Source: Callorhinchus milii
Taxonomy: Eukaryota
NCBI RefSeq assembly: GCF_018977255.1
Contig: NW_024704742.1
Location: 4,156,001-4,220,000 of the forward strand
Reading direction: 5' to 3'
DNA: 64,000 nt
Shown here: positions 25,140-37,035 of the stretch, piece by piece
Numbering within the stretch: position 1 is the stretch's first letter
How the letters are laid out: every line of letters begins with the position of its first letter
Position numbers and translations under genes: made by a program
Notes under the pieces: generated by a model
Told to the model about the DNA's origin: nothing
The model's database searches: none
Seen by the model: only the letters and a program-made list of their open reading frames with translations

Positions 25140-25640
25140 TGTACAAGATACATTTATATAGCATCTTTAACATAAAAGTATGTCTCAAAGTTCTTGAGAA
25201 GTATACTGCAAGGTAATGAGAGATTTAAAGATGTTGATCAAAGATACGGTTGAATAGATAAGGCTGATGGAAGGGGTTTTGAAGGCAGAGAGAAAAGTAG
25301 CAAGACAAGAAATTGGAAGAGAGCTCATGAGTATAGTATGGTGGCACACCGATGGTGGGGTTAACGGTAGACCAGAATACTAGTATTACTGGAGAAAATT
25401 GCGTAGTTACACAAGACAGTAACTTGGAAGGATTTGAAGATCAAGATAAAGATCTCAATCCTGTGAGGTACCAAGAACCAATGGAACTTAGGGATAGAGG
25501 TAATAGGTGTGTAGAGCCTTGCGTGGAAGGGAACTTGGGTTGCAATGTTCTGGATAAACTGAAGTTTCTGGAGAAACTGAGGCCAACAAGGAGGGAAAAA
25601 AAATCTATTCTGAAGACGACAAAAGCAGGGAAAAACACAA
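25140..25640 (-). mobile_element. Degraded L2 LINE 3' region
   Basis: acatttatatagcatctttaac tail followed by purine-rich antisense L2-like sequence. Confidence 0.5.
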
Positions 25641-26313
25641 AAGCAAAGGGGTGAGGTAAGAGCGTTAGTGAACAGGCAGCTTGTGGAGTTTCAAACTCAG
25701 CTCAGTGTTGACGGAATACGTTCCAGATACAAGCTATACGTATATGTAACATAACTAAATATTGTTCCGGTTAAAAAGTAAAACACTTCCCTTTGTGGCA
25801 TTTTAACTCTTTAAATAATAAGAACGTCACTGTTAGTTTGAAAACAAACTACGTCTGGCTGGAGTGTTTTATCACTCGTGTGTGCACACTACAGATACAT
25901 AGGTTGGAGAGAACACAACTGTTTTCTTACACACTTCAAACCTTTACAAGTGCATGGGACAGTGAAGGTTTAAAATTCAAGTCACTGCTCTGGATCAAAA
26001 TGGCAGCTGGTGAGGGGACTAAAACCGTATCGCGGGGAAAAAAAAATTCAGGGCTGGGCAATGTGAGAGTTGGGTCAGCGGAAGCAGTGGTGAGGAATTA
26101 GTTTCAACCTCAATAGAGATTTTCTCACCCAGTAAAATTAACGTTTTGATCCTGAGAGACGTGATATTGTGAAATTATGTTTCTCGTAATGCAGCTATTT
26201 TATCTTAACTACCTTCACTAATGTAATGGCATATTAAATTTGAATACCACCCTCATTTTTTTTAAAAAAAGTAGGAGAAACTGAATCTTTTATTCGTAGG
26301 ATATGAATAAAAT

Positions 26314-26586
26314 TTCTGGGGGTAATAATCCCTCAAAAAAATTTTTCGGATCATTCCTCAATCTATGACTGTTTGTAGGACATCGCTGTGCGTAATTAGC
26401 GCGATTTAAGTGCTCTGGGACGCTATCCTGCACGAGAGCGCGACATAAATGCAATTTCTTGGTGTTGCCCCATTTGGGCCGCACAACGTACAGTCAATTC
26501 ACTTTACAATATATTCTGTGAAGCGCTTTGAGACGTCTCGACGACGTGATAAGACGCTACATCAAATGCAAAGATTATTATTGTTG
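26314..26586 (+). mobile_element. SINE 3' half with a nested L2 tail (about 26401-26465)
   Basis: The SINE is split at aattagc|tgcc by taagtgctctgggacg...ataaatgcaa. Confidence 0.8.
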
Positions 26587-27244
26587 TCTTTGTAAGAACA
26601 ATTATTCTAACCCTCCCCAATTTTCTTCAGATGATGCCCTTTTATGAATTATTCTATTTACACTATTGAATTAATGACAAAATCCTCAATTACCCCCCCA
26701 CCCCCCACCACCCCACTCTGTTCTCGTTTCCATTGAAAGCAGCTCACCCTGGTATCACTTGGGGAATCTTCACTCTATCCTTTCCATGACTGTGATGCCA
26801 CTTCTGCAACGAGTCATCCAAAACTGGACTATGACCTAAACTTTCATCACAACTTAAATACGGTACAATGTCCACGTATCTGCACAATTCTGTACTTAAG
26901 TTCTCTACTGTGCATTCAAGTTTCGTCCTCTTTTTAAAATGATATTTTTTCAATAAACTAAATGTCTTTTACGGAGAGAGCAAAAGGAACTCAGCTCCAT
27001 GTTTATTTGAAAACTCAACAGGGGTTTAAATGGGCAACAAACAATAAAAGAACAAAATAGGAGATTAAACTAATACACGGTTGTTGCACTGCAGACGTGG
27101 GAATTTCATAAGCATTTAAAACACAACTTTGGCTACCAGAGCTTCTGGTTTTATCGTGTTTTACTCTTGATAAGAAGACCATCTAGTTGTATTTCTACCT
27201 TTAAGAAATTGGCAACTAGTACAGACCTTTCGAAAATGTCTATT

Positions 27245-27346
27245 TATAATCATAATAACCCTTGCATTTGATATAGTGCCTTATCATGTCTTTGAGACAT
27301 CTCAAAGCGCTTCACAATATACTTTAAAGTGAATTGACTCTATATT
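27245..27346 (-). mobile_element. SINE tail
   Basis: cttgcatttgatatagtgccttatcatgtc. Confidence 0.85.
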
Positions 27347-27453
27347 ATCTCTTACTATTGAACTTTTTATACCTAATATAATCTTCCATCCATGATAATA
27401 TGTATATTTGAATCATAAAAATACACATTTAATTTTTAACATTATAACCCAAT

Positions 27454-27822
27454 ATAATAATATTAATCCTTGCATTTGATATAGCGCTTTTCGCATCTTC
27501 TCGACGTCTCAAAGCGCTTCACAGAATATACCGGAACGTGAATTGACCGTATATTTGTGAGCGAAACGCGGCAGCCAATTGCGCACAGCAGCGTCCCTCC
27601 CACAAACAAGTCGTGAATTGAGTGACCAAATTATTATTTTTTTGAGGGATTATTCTCCCCGGAAAAGCGATCCACCAATCGACTAACAACCGGGTTCCTA
27701 CTTACTGCTCAGTAAACAGAGGCGTTCGGAGTAAGGAAACGTGTCCAAGGTTTGGCCCTGCCGGGAATCGAACCCAGGTCTCTCGCTTGCGAGGCGAGGG
27801 CTCTAACCACTGAGCTACAGGC
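27454..27822 (-). mobile_element. Full-length tRNA/CORE SINE (SINE2-1_CM-like)
   Basis: Head cctgtagctcagtggttagagc...gggttcgattccc with A and B boxes, CORE-like body, L2-like tail and (ATT)n end. Confidence 0.92.
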
Positions 27823-29106
27823 ATATATGCCAGTCTATCACAGTATTTCAAGGTTTGTACTGACTGATCAATAAACTGAGGTGATCTCATTTCAATGCAT
27901 TGTACACTGGCGGCAATAAGTGTTTGCAGGATTACCTGTAATACAATATTCATCTGCAGATTCCTTCAGCTCTTCAATATACACAGAGATATTGGAATCA
28001 CCAAGTCGGTGAAATTTGCTCTCACATCAATTAAAGGGTTTAAAAAGTAGCTGAGCTGCTAGCTGTTAATTACGTTGGTGTGCGCATTCATCAAATGCCT
28101 CCCTCGGACTACTATATACTAAATCTGATGACATATCTTAATTTTACTAATCCACAACAAAACTTATCGTTCTGTTGAACACATCAACAAAAATATGCGG
28201 TAAAATATCGTTAACAAATTAAGAGCTGCTGAGAACAAATTCTTGATAATAATCAGAAAACCATCCAGTTGTATTTAATCCTTTCTGCAATTAAGAACTA
28301 GTTGAGACTTAACTTTTAGAGATGTCTCTTTATCTCCAAGCAATCTAAGGCTAATTATTTTAAGCGCAGAATTTATTTGCTGCAAAGTTTGTGCTGAAAT
28401 CTACTTTAGTTATTTGCTAAACTACATTTGGTAATATGTTTCTTAATGCACAATGGTTTCATTGGTACTTCTGCCTTGGAATAGTACAAAGATTGAACAT
28501 ACCAGATAATACCGAAGTACGACTAAGCAGTCCAACCTAATAATTTTATTTAAAAAGTAAGCATGGTTTTGTTCCAGCATAAGAGCTACTGTATGAAAGA
28601 CACCATAAGAGAGAAGATTAATAGTTTTCACGGTATTATCTTTCAATGCACAGAGCAGCACTGCATGGAATATGTATAAGGGATAAAAATAATATAAACT
28701 TGGAGCAAGGAAATTAATTTCAAATAAATTGAGTGAAAACAAAAGGATTATCACTTTATATGAGGCTTTTCAGATCTGGTACTTTGTGTAAATCTATTAA
28801 CAGTTCCTTCAAAATAAAAAAAAGTTTCCCTACACAATGTTCAGAGATGTAATTAAAATGAATCATTTTGTCTCTACTAACAAAGCTGGATAGCTCTGTA
28901 CAGATCAGAAGATGCTGCTCTTTGTCTAGATAGGATCAGCTGTTCTTTTCTACTTAATACTAATGTTTGAATAAAACATTATATCGAATGACATCCTTTT
29001 CAGTAAGCTGCCTTTTGAAAAATACAATCTACTTTACAAAAAGTTTCGGATAGTTCTGCAAAATAAATTTGAAGACAGACAGATTTGCCATCTTTTGACA
29101 TTGCAG

Positions 29107-29510
29107 AATAATAATAATAATAATCCTTGCATTTGTGGAGTTCTGTAGTTCAGTGGTTAGAGAAGTCGCCTCGCAAGCGAGAGACCTGGATTCGATTCCA
29201 GGCAGTGAGAAACCTTGGGAAAATTTCCTTACTCCACACGCTGATAATAATCCCTCAAGAAAAAAAAACAATAATAAATTGGTCACCTCAATCCACCACT
29301 GCCTGTGGGAACGCTGCTGTGCGCAATTGGCTTCCGCGTTTCACTCACAAATATACAGTCAATTCACTTTACAGTCTATTCTGTGAAGCGCTTTGAGACG
29401 TCTCGAAGACACGAAAAGCGTTAAATCAAATGCAAGGATTATTATTATTACTACATAGCGCTTTTCACATCTTCTAGACGTCTAAAAGCGCTTCCCAGAA
29501 TATACTGTAG
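29107..29510. mobile_element. Plus-strand SINE (about 29135-29452, internally deleted) inserted into a minus-strand SINE tail
   Basis: The flanks aataatccttgcatttg and acatagcgcttttcacatc rejoin into one contiguous antisense tail. Confidence 0.8.
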
Positions 29511-29654
29511 TAAGAACATTATACGCAAAAACATTGCAAATGCATTATATTATACTAAATATGGTATAGTAACTGTTGATGTTTTATTTTGTATTGTTCT
29601 CATGAGTTTGGTCACTTCCCCAGACTCCCTCGCTTGGTATGCAACCCCGCCATT

Positions 29655-29712
29655 GTGCAGCGCTCTGAGATGTTATCCTACGAGGGGTACCATATAATGC
29701 AAGTTGTTGTTG
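29655..29712 (+). mobile_element. L2-type 3' tail
   Basis: gcagcgctctgagatg...atataatgcaagttgttgttg. Confidence 0.65.
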
Positions 29713-30574
29713 CTTTAGAAATTTCCACTTCGTTCTATATCTGTGTCTAACTGCACCTGACGGTAATAAGAGAGCAAAACCACTCATTGCTGGTAAAGTG
29801 TATTAGATGTGGAACCCAACATTCTGCTTGCATACAGCTGGGTACTGTAAAAAAAAACATTCAATCCCAGACCAAGGAACGATGACACTGAGGCTGATAC
29901 CCATTGGGGTGTGGATGAAAGAATACTCTATCACTTGAGTGCCTGGTGCTCATTAGCTCTCCTGACTAACCTTGCACAAGGAGAAAGTTTTAATTCCACA
30001 ACAGTGGTTTCAAACCTATCGAAAGGATCAAAAGGGAGTTTTCATCAATTTATGCGCTACAAAAATCAAGAGATCCGAGGTTTGGATCAAGGGCTTTATT
30101 TGGGAGATTTGATGTACCAATTTTTTTTCATAACCTGGGAAAAATCAGATACGACTGCCGCATGTCACTATCTGAGCTGAGTGTCAATGCTTTATTCAAG
30201 TGTTTCTGAAGAGAATGGAATCTCTGAACCCTATCACAAAGGGAAGAGGGAATTCTGAGGCAGGTATACGGTATATAGCAAATTATTGCTAACGATAGTC
30301 TTAGTAAAACATTTACAAAACACTACGGTCACCTAGAGGACCTACCAAGACAATTTTGGATACTGTATTTCTCTATTCAGAAGCCAGCTCAGTAGCCTCA
30401 GGTTGACTCTATTATTCCAGGTATTTTCAGTAGTTAGCAATACGCTATATATTAGTACCCTTGATCCCGTATCACTTCTTCCAGAGGCCAAAGAGAGAGA
30501 AAGACGATTCCTCTAATAATAAGGGAATTTGAATGGAGGAAGAATATTTGCCAGGAGGCATTATGTTTACATTT

Positions 30575-30641
30575 AGTGTACTGGGAACGTTATGCTGCAC
30601 GAGGGGTGCTATATAAGTGCAAGTTATTGTTATTGTTGTTG
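30575..30641 (+). mobile_element. L2-type 3' tail
   Basis: ggggtgctatataagtgcaagttattgtt. Confidence 0.65.
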
Positions 30642-30837
30642 CATTGAACTTTCCATAGAAGTGAAAGGAAATTATAAAAATCAAAGATGAAGGAAATGGA
30701 AGAACAGAGTAAAAGTGGAAAAAAATGGAAGCCAGAGTGACATCAAATGTACCACATCTACTGTACGATGAATGTCAGCTCCTCTACTTGAGGTTCCTCC
30801 CATTTTGGAGCAGGGAGCTCAACGTAAACTCAGCATA

Positions 30838-31041
30838 AACAAGGGGGCAACGTCTTACAATTAGAGCTAGGCCATTTAGGAGTGAGATCAGGAGGCAGTT
30901 TTTCACTCAAAGGATGAGTGAAAACTCTCTCGCCCAAAAGGTTGTGGATGCTGGATCCATTCGCATTTTCAAGACGGAGATAGATAGATATTTAAGTCAG
31001 GGTATCTGGACCTATCTGAATAGCCTACACCTGTTTCTATG
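30838..31041 (+). mobile_element. CR1 LINE 3' end (ORF2 C-terminus)
   Basis: Translates as TRGQRLTIRARPFRSEIRRQFFTQR and later IFKTEIDRYL, typical of the CR1 C-terminus. Confidence 0.8.
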
Positions 31042-32756
31042 AAAAAATGTGACATCCTTTGTAAAAATATAACAGTTTATGGTTTCAAAGATTCTCTCAC
31101 GTCAGGCCCATCAACAGAACACAGTGGACACTAAATTTCCTGCCAGACATACATATATCCAACCGTAGCCACGAATATTGCAGCTACTGCCTCGGGCAGG
31201 AGCTGACTCGTGAAGGTGGAGCATAATCTAGTAAACAAGACTATGTTCCTTCAGCATCAATGCCACATTGCTCAGGTATCTTTGCACAGGATCTGACATC
31301 TCATCCTTCCATCCTTGTTGATGTACTAGACTATTGTGACGTTTGTCTGTCAAAAACGGCAATTTTCCTGACCCTGAAGCAAAGCTCAGGAAAAAAAATC
31401 TAATCCCAGCAAAACCGCTTAAAACTGATCTGTTCACGTGCTTCCCGGTCAGTACGATGATCAAAACAGTGGGACTGGTCCTGAAACAGAAACATCCATT
31501 TGTGAGAGCAATAGAAATGGAACAGAAGGCAAGTCAGCCACAGTACATTTCTCTGACATTCTCTCGTGAAAACAGTGACTTTTGAAAAGGAATTTTACTC
31601 ATACAGTGTCCTTCAGAGAATACTGTGCTAATAGGTTGAGCAGCAGGAGTAGTAGAGTGATTTAAATATAGATAGATTTAAGCTAATGTATTGTGCAACA
31701 AGAATCTGTAAATATTAATAAAAACTGAAAGGGTTTCCACATGCTCATCGGCAGCAAAGAGGAAAATAGTGCAATTATTGATCATTCACTCAAGCTTTCC
31801 AGCCAATGTGAAACTACCTCCAACTAAACTAACAAAATATGTTGCATTTTGACTGCGTTGGACTAAAAGTGATAAAGGCTGTTCTGTAACATACACTTTA
31901 TGGTACTGCTCCTGCCAATGTTGGAACGTGCGTGCAGCTTTGGATGGGTTGGAAAGGATTCAGAGAAAAGCAAGAAGGATAATTTGGGGACTCAATTAAG
32001 ATTGCTAAAGCTGACCTTGCTTTCATTTGAAATCTGAGGTTGATATGATCCAGGTCTTTGTGCGGAGGGAGAGGGCAAGACGGAGGGATTGAGGGAGAGC
32101 TATCAGACTGTCCACATCTGCTGTACGATGAATGAGAAAGTGTCAGCTTCACGTAGATGGTATGGTATAATGTGGTCACCCAGGTCTAATATTTCAAAGG
32201 ATGCACTATAAGGTACTGCATCTGATGTCCACACTGCCAGGTCGGCAGTGATATGACTTCCTGTGCGCTATACAAAGGCACAATGCAAAGAAGTGCCACT
32301 AACACTACTTCCCTTTTCTCAGAGGCAACCCGATGGCCCAGAAATCAGGCCTGTTTCAGCATGGGAACGACACCAGACGCCAGGTGCAATTAACCCAGGC
32401 ATTGCCTAAGCTCCTCCACACATGTTCTAATGGGGTCTCCCTGTAGATGTAGGAACAGGTTACAGTATCTCCAAACATGCAGGACGAGACTCAGACTGAG
32501 ATGAGCAGATACTCCTATGAGAAACAATTCTGACTGTGTTGCTGTGCCTCTGAAGCAGGTTCTCACTCCAGCTACTTGTTGAGCTGAGATGGTTTCTGAT
32601 CTTCCTTCTGCGAGAACCTCAAGCTGGTTGCATTTCGAATCCAGGCTGCAATAGAAGTAGGCCTGCAGTTGTGACTTCTTTCCATCCGTGGCAAGTCCCA
32701 AAATTCGTGGACTGATCCAGGGTCGGGGAGCAGGAAGAACCAATGGCTACAAAAAA

Positions 32757-32846
32757 AAGTCACCGCACTTTACAGTAAATCCTGTGAAGCGATTTGAGAG
32801 GTTCTCCCGATGTGAAAGGCGCTATATCAAATGTAAGGATTATTAA
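32757..32846 (+). mobile_element. SINE tail
   Basis: cactttacagtaaatcctgtgaagcg...ggcgctatatcaaatgtaagg. Confidence 0.75.
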
Positions 32847-34039
32847 TGGGCCATTAAAAGAGATACAAGTCATACTATACTGATATGCAATGTTCTATTA
32901 CACAGTGTACATAGGACTTTGTTTGCCAACTACAACAAAGAAGGCAACAACAGTCGATACAAAGAATTAAAACACAAACAAATAGAGATGTTCACGTGCA
33001 AGAGCTCAGATAGTGAAACCCGGGAGAGGTATTGAGGGAGCGTTGTACACGAAGGCTGAACTACTTTTCGCAATGTCACATCGTTAAGTTCCATAGACAA
33101 ATAACTATGGGAAACTGGTACAAACAAATTGAGGCAATACACACTGAAATTTAGTACGAAAGTTAGCTTGGCGCACAGAACACAAAATGTTCATCAGCTG
33201 CAGTAAACAGTATGGTTCACAGTATGGATGTCGCAAGAACTAAATAAGCATTAATATTTTGACAAACTGAAGACAGCAAGGAGAATGCAATCTACCAATC
33301 AGTTCATTCATTCTTTAGTATCAGGTTTACCTAAGGTTCTGTTATCAGACAAAATATCCGCATGCACTAGCAAATACTAACCACATTAAGAATGTTATTC
33401 TGTTAAGTGCAATTATGCACTGCTTCATTTAGCAAATTTGTCCCAGTGCGCTTATAAATAAAGGTAAAGCAATTTTAAAAGAATTTAATTTTACATTTAT
33501 GATGCTATGTTATTTATAATTTAAAATTGCATTACACATATTTACACAAGCCGCGAGCCAAATTCACTAACCTGATTGAACAGGGCAGAACAGTGCTTTG
33601 ACCCCATCAAATCATTTTCAATTTAGAGTGTGATTTCTGAGACGAATCAAACTGAATTCTACAGATACATTTTTGGCTGCGCTCCTGGTCTGAGCAAAAA
33701 TTCCCTAAAAAAACTGAAAAGTTTCTGTCTCTCGGCACCTGAAAATTGCCGGCATCTTTCCACCTTGAAAAACTCTCGGCCGGATAATCCCTGAAAAACG
33801 TAGTGAGCAACCTTCCCTTAAACAGAACGAGATCCCATTCTGCAAAATGTTTGCAGCGACACTTCATTGGCTGAGAGTACATTTTTGTCCGATGTCTTGC
33901 TGCTCTGCTTGGTTAGCTCTTTTGAAGCGAGACGCAAAGCTATATGTCTTTCTACGCATTTAACAAAATCTGAATTCCACGTATAAACCTATTTGTAGCT
34001 TAGTACATTTGTGCTACGCTACAAATAGATTTATACGTT

Positions 34040-34575
34040 CGACTATTCAAATGCCCTCCTCGCCATTCTCCCCAGCTCCACCATCCCTAACGTCCAGCTG
34101 ATCCCAAACTCCGCCACCCTCATACTCACCTGTCCTAAGCTCCGTACCCCAATCACACCAGTTCTAGCCAGGATCCACTGGCTCCCTATCGCCAAAAGGA
34201 TCGATTTCAAGATCCTCGGTTTGCAAATGCCTTCATGCCCTTGGCACCTCCCTACCTCTCCGACCTGCTTACTCCCCAACTCATTACCCGCTGCCTCCGC
34301 TCGACTGGTTCTGGCCTCCTGCACGTCCCTCGTGCCCTCCGTTCCACCGACGGTGGCCGCGCTTTCAGTTAGAAAGCCCCAAAACTTTGGAACAATCTTC
34401 CTCTATCTCTCCGCCCGGCTCCTTCCTTCCTCATCTTCAGATCGTGCTTGAAGACCTCCCCATTCGACCGTGCCTAAGGTCACCTCCCCCTCCCCCTGGC
34501 TCGGCGTCGTGCTCAAGCGCTTTGGGTCACTACCGTGTGCGAGGGGCGCGATATAAGTGCAAGTTGTTGTTTTTG
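34040..34575 (+). mobile_element. L2 LINE 3' end (ORF2 C-terminus and tail)
   Basis: Translates DYSNALLAILPSSTIPNVQLIPNSA...PITPVLARIHWLPIAKRIDFKIL, a classic L2 motif; ends atataagtgcaagttgttg. Confidence 0.88.
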
Positions 34576-34813
34576 CACTAGTGTGCATATTGAGCACATT
34601 TGTGATGGCGTCAGTTTGACATCAAGTCAGCGCCATACTGGGGGAACACCGCACGGTTCCTTCAGACGAGACTTTAAAACAGATTCTATCTACCAGCTCA
34701 GGCGGATATAAAAATTCCATGGCATTACGGAGCAAGACAATACTTGGAAAACACCCACTGCAATTTAGCACAAAGGCTACGGAACTTGTTGACTACATAG
34801 AAATAATGCTTTA

Positions 34814-34832
34814 CTACCGCTAGAGGGAGCCG
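34814..34832 (+). promoter_or_regulatory. Candidate CTCF site
   Basis: CTACCGCTAGAGGGAGCCG resembles the CTCF core. Confidence 0.35.
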
Positions 34833-35154
34833 TACAATTTACATGGGAACTAACAGAATAGAAACCTGGTTATAAAGTGCTTCATTATAATGAATAATAA
34901 TGTACAATACAGAATACTTGGGCGTGGATCCAGACGTTTATTTACCGCCGAAAATTTCAAAATCGGTATTGGCTCCATTGGTACTTCCGAAAGGTAGTCA
35001 TGGTGCCAAAATGGCCAACTCTGGGTCACTGCTAACGCCAGTTCTTGTACAATGAATGCTTTTGTGCTGACCAGCAATCGCGCCCCACTATAAACACTGG
35101 CTGATACTTTATGGATCCTAATACAACATTATAACGGGCCTCCAACATAATAAT

Positions 35155-35520
35155 CTTGCGTTTGATACAGTATAACGTTGGGATGTCCCAAAGCACGTCA
35201 CAGGAAATTGCTGTACAGTCCAGTGACTATGTATTTGTAGGCAAACATGAAGTGAATGATCAATTTACACAAAGAGAATCACCCAATTTATCTGGAGGAT
35301 TATTGGCCAGGACACCAGGAGAATGGATCTCTTTTCTCTTTGCGAATAATGTAATGTGACAGAACTTCCACTTAACATCTCATAAGAAGGATGGCACCAC
35401 TTACTCCCGCAACACTGCTGTGAAGCATCAGTTTAGACTGTAAGCCAAAACAATTCTGTTGTGGACCTTGAACCAACAACCTGCGACCCAGAGGCAAGAG
35501 TGCTACCTGCCACCAACCAA
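35155..35520 (-). mobile_element. Diverged Deu-domain SINE
   Basis: attggccaggacaccaggagaa...ttaacatctcat...accttgaaccaacaacc...gaggcaagagtgctacc. Confidence 0.65.
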
Positions 35521-36382
35521 CACTGTGACAGTTTTAGCCAAGAGTAGGTCATTTGTCCATATAGTCTACTTCCCAAATAGCTCATTCAGGCTATCTTACA
35601 GCATCACCTACTATCCCCAAATCCTTTTAATTTCGAGGAAGCTGTCGAGTTCCAAACGAATGCCATTACAGTTCGTTGTTCCCTCACCTGTTCTGGCCGT
35701 TTGTTCCAAAAATAGCTCACTGAGGGTTTCTAATGGCAAAAAACAAGTACTACAGCATTACAATACTTTGTAAAATATCCAAGGATTTGAATGTTTTAAA
35801 TGGACAGTGTGGCCACAAATATCCTATTTCCAAAAAAAGAAAGGTGCCTAATTCTTGCACGGGATGAGTTAAACCCAAGTGAGTTGATTTAGATCAAACG
35901 TGAACCGCCCAATGGATGTAAGGACTATTGCAACTTAAGCAATACTTTTGGATTTTGTTCAGCGTGAGTTCTTCAACGTGTGAGAACAATAAAGCCCGTC
36001 TCCAGTTGCCAGATCAAGCTCTTTTATAGGTGCAATCTAGTGGTTCTAGTACAACCTGTTACTATTTCTGAACTCTAACATCAGGAGAGTGAGCACCTGC
36101 GCTGTGTCAGTAAAACGTGAATGATTCTCATTCTCTTTTCTGTCTGGTCTGAGTAAAATAACTAAACACGGAGGAAATAGTTGGAATAAATAATAAAAAT
36201 AAAATGGCTGAAGCGTAACAAAAATGCGGATAAAATAAGCGTTTCCATTCTCAAAGAAGTAGACAATCAAATGATCAGATTTTATGGATAAACACTAGGT
36301 CCCATACTGCTGCACTGCTTTTAGTTAATTTGGACCTGCAGAAAATTCCAATGAGAACTGAATTGAGTGAATTTATTTTGAA

Positions 36383-36490
36383 TTGTCATCAGACAGAAGA
36401 GACGCTTATCTCATCTGTCTGGACTGGATTCAAACCCACACTGGAGAGGTGGAGGGACAAGGCACCAATACACTGTGTAACCCAATCTCC
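36383..36490 (-). mobile_element. Ancient SINE head, LF-SINE-like
   Basis: Minus strand ggagattgggttacacagtgtattgg...ccacctct...gggtttgaatccagtccagac. Confidence 0.4.
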
Positions 36491-36944
36491 TTAAAACAGC
36501 TAAGGATACTTTTAAGTACGACGACTCATCGGGAAAATGAAAATATCAAATAAACTTAAATTGTTCGGCGGCTCAAATTCAACATTATAAAAAAACGAAA
36601 TGTGTCAACCAGCCTAAAATTCTTCAATGGGTTTTATCCGAGTGTAGCATCGGGCTTTCTCCTGCAAATTCTGGGAGCTGGCTGTAATATTTTATATTGA
36701 GAGGTCCGAGTAAAGGGCTAAAGGCCTTTATTGTGTTAGTGTTCATTGCATTAAGCCAAGAATGAAAAGAATGGAGGGAAAAAAACCGGAGAATTAGTTG
36801 GGTAGAATAATTTCATCTCTCCAGAAGCACAATTGGCTCCTAAGGTTGTTGAAAGCCTAAGCTGTAAGCACAGTTTCCTCTTTGCTGATAGTGTTTTGCA
36901 GCGAAACAACATATTAAAAACGTTACTGTGACTCGAGACTACTG

Positions 36945-37035
36945 TGTTGTTGGAGGTCCCGTCTGCCTGTTCAGGTGGATGTTAAAGATCCCGTGGCACT
37001 ATTCAAAAAGACAAGGGAGTTTCTCTCTCCCGGTA
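36945..37035 (+). mobile_element. Deu-domain SINE fragment
   Basis: gaggtcccgtctgcctgttcaggtggatgttaaagatcccgtggcactattc. Confidence 0.8.

Noticed and set aside
27750..27822. tRNA-Ala(CGC) gene (also the heads at 47841, 59331 and 60468)
   Set aside because: Each continues into a SINE body and tail with no Pol III terminator directly after the cloverleaf.
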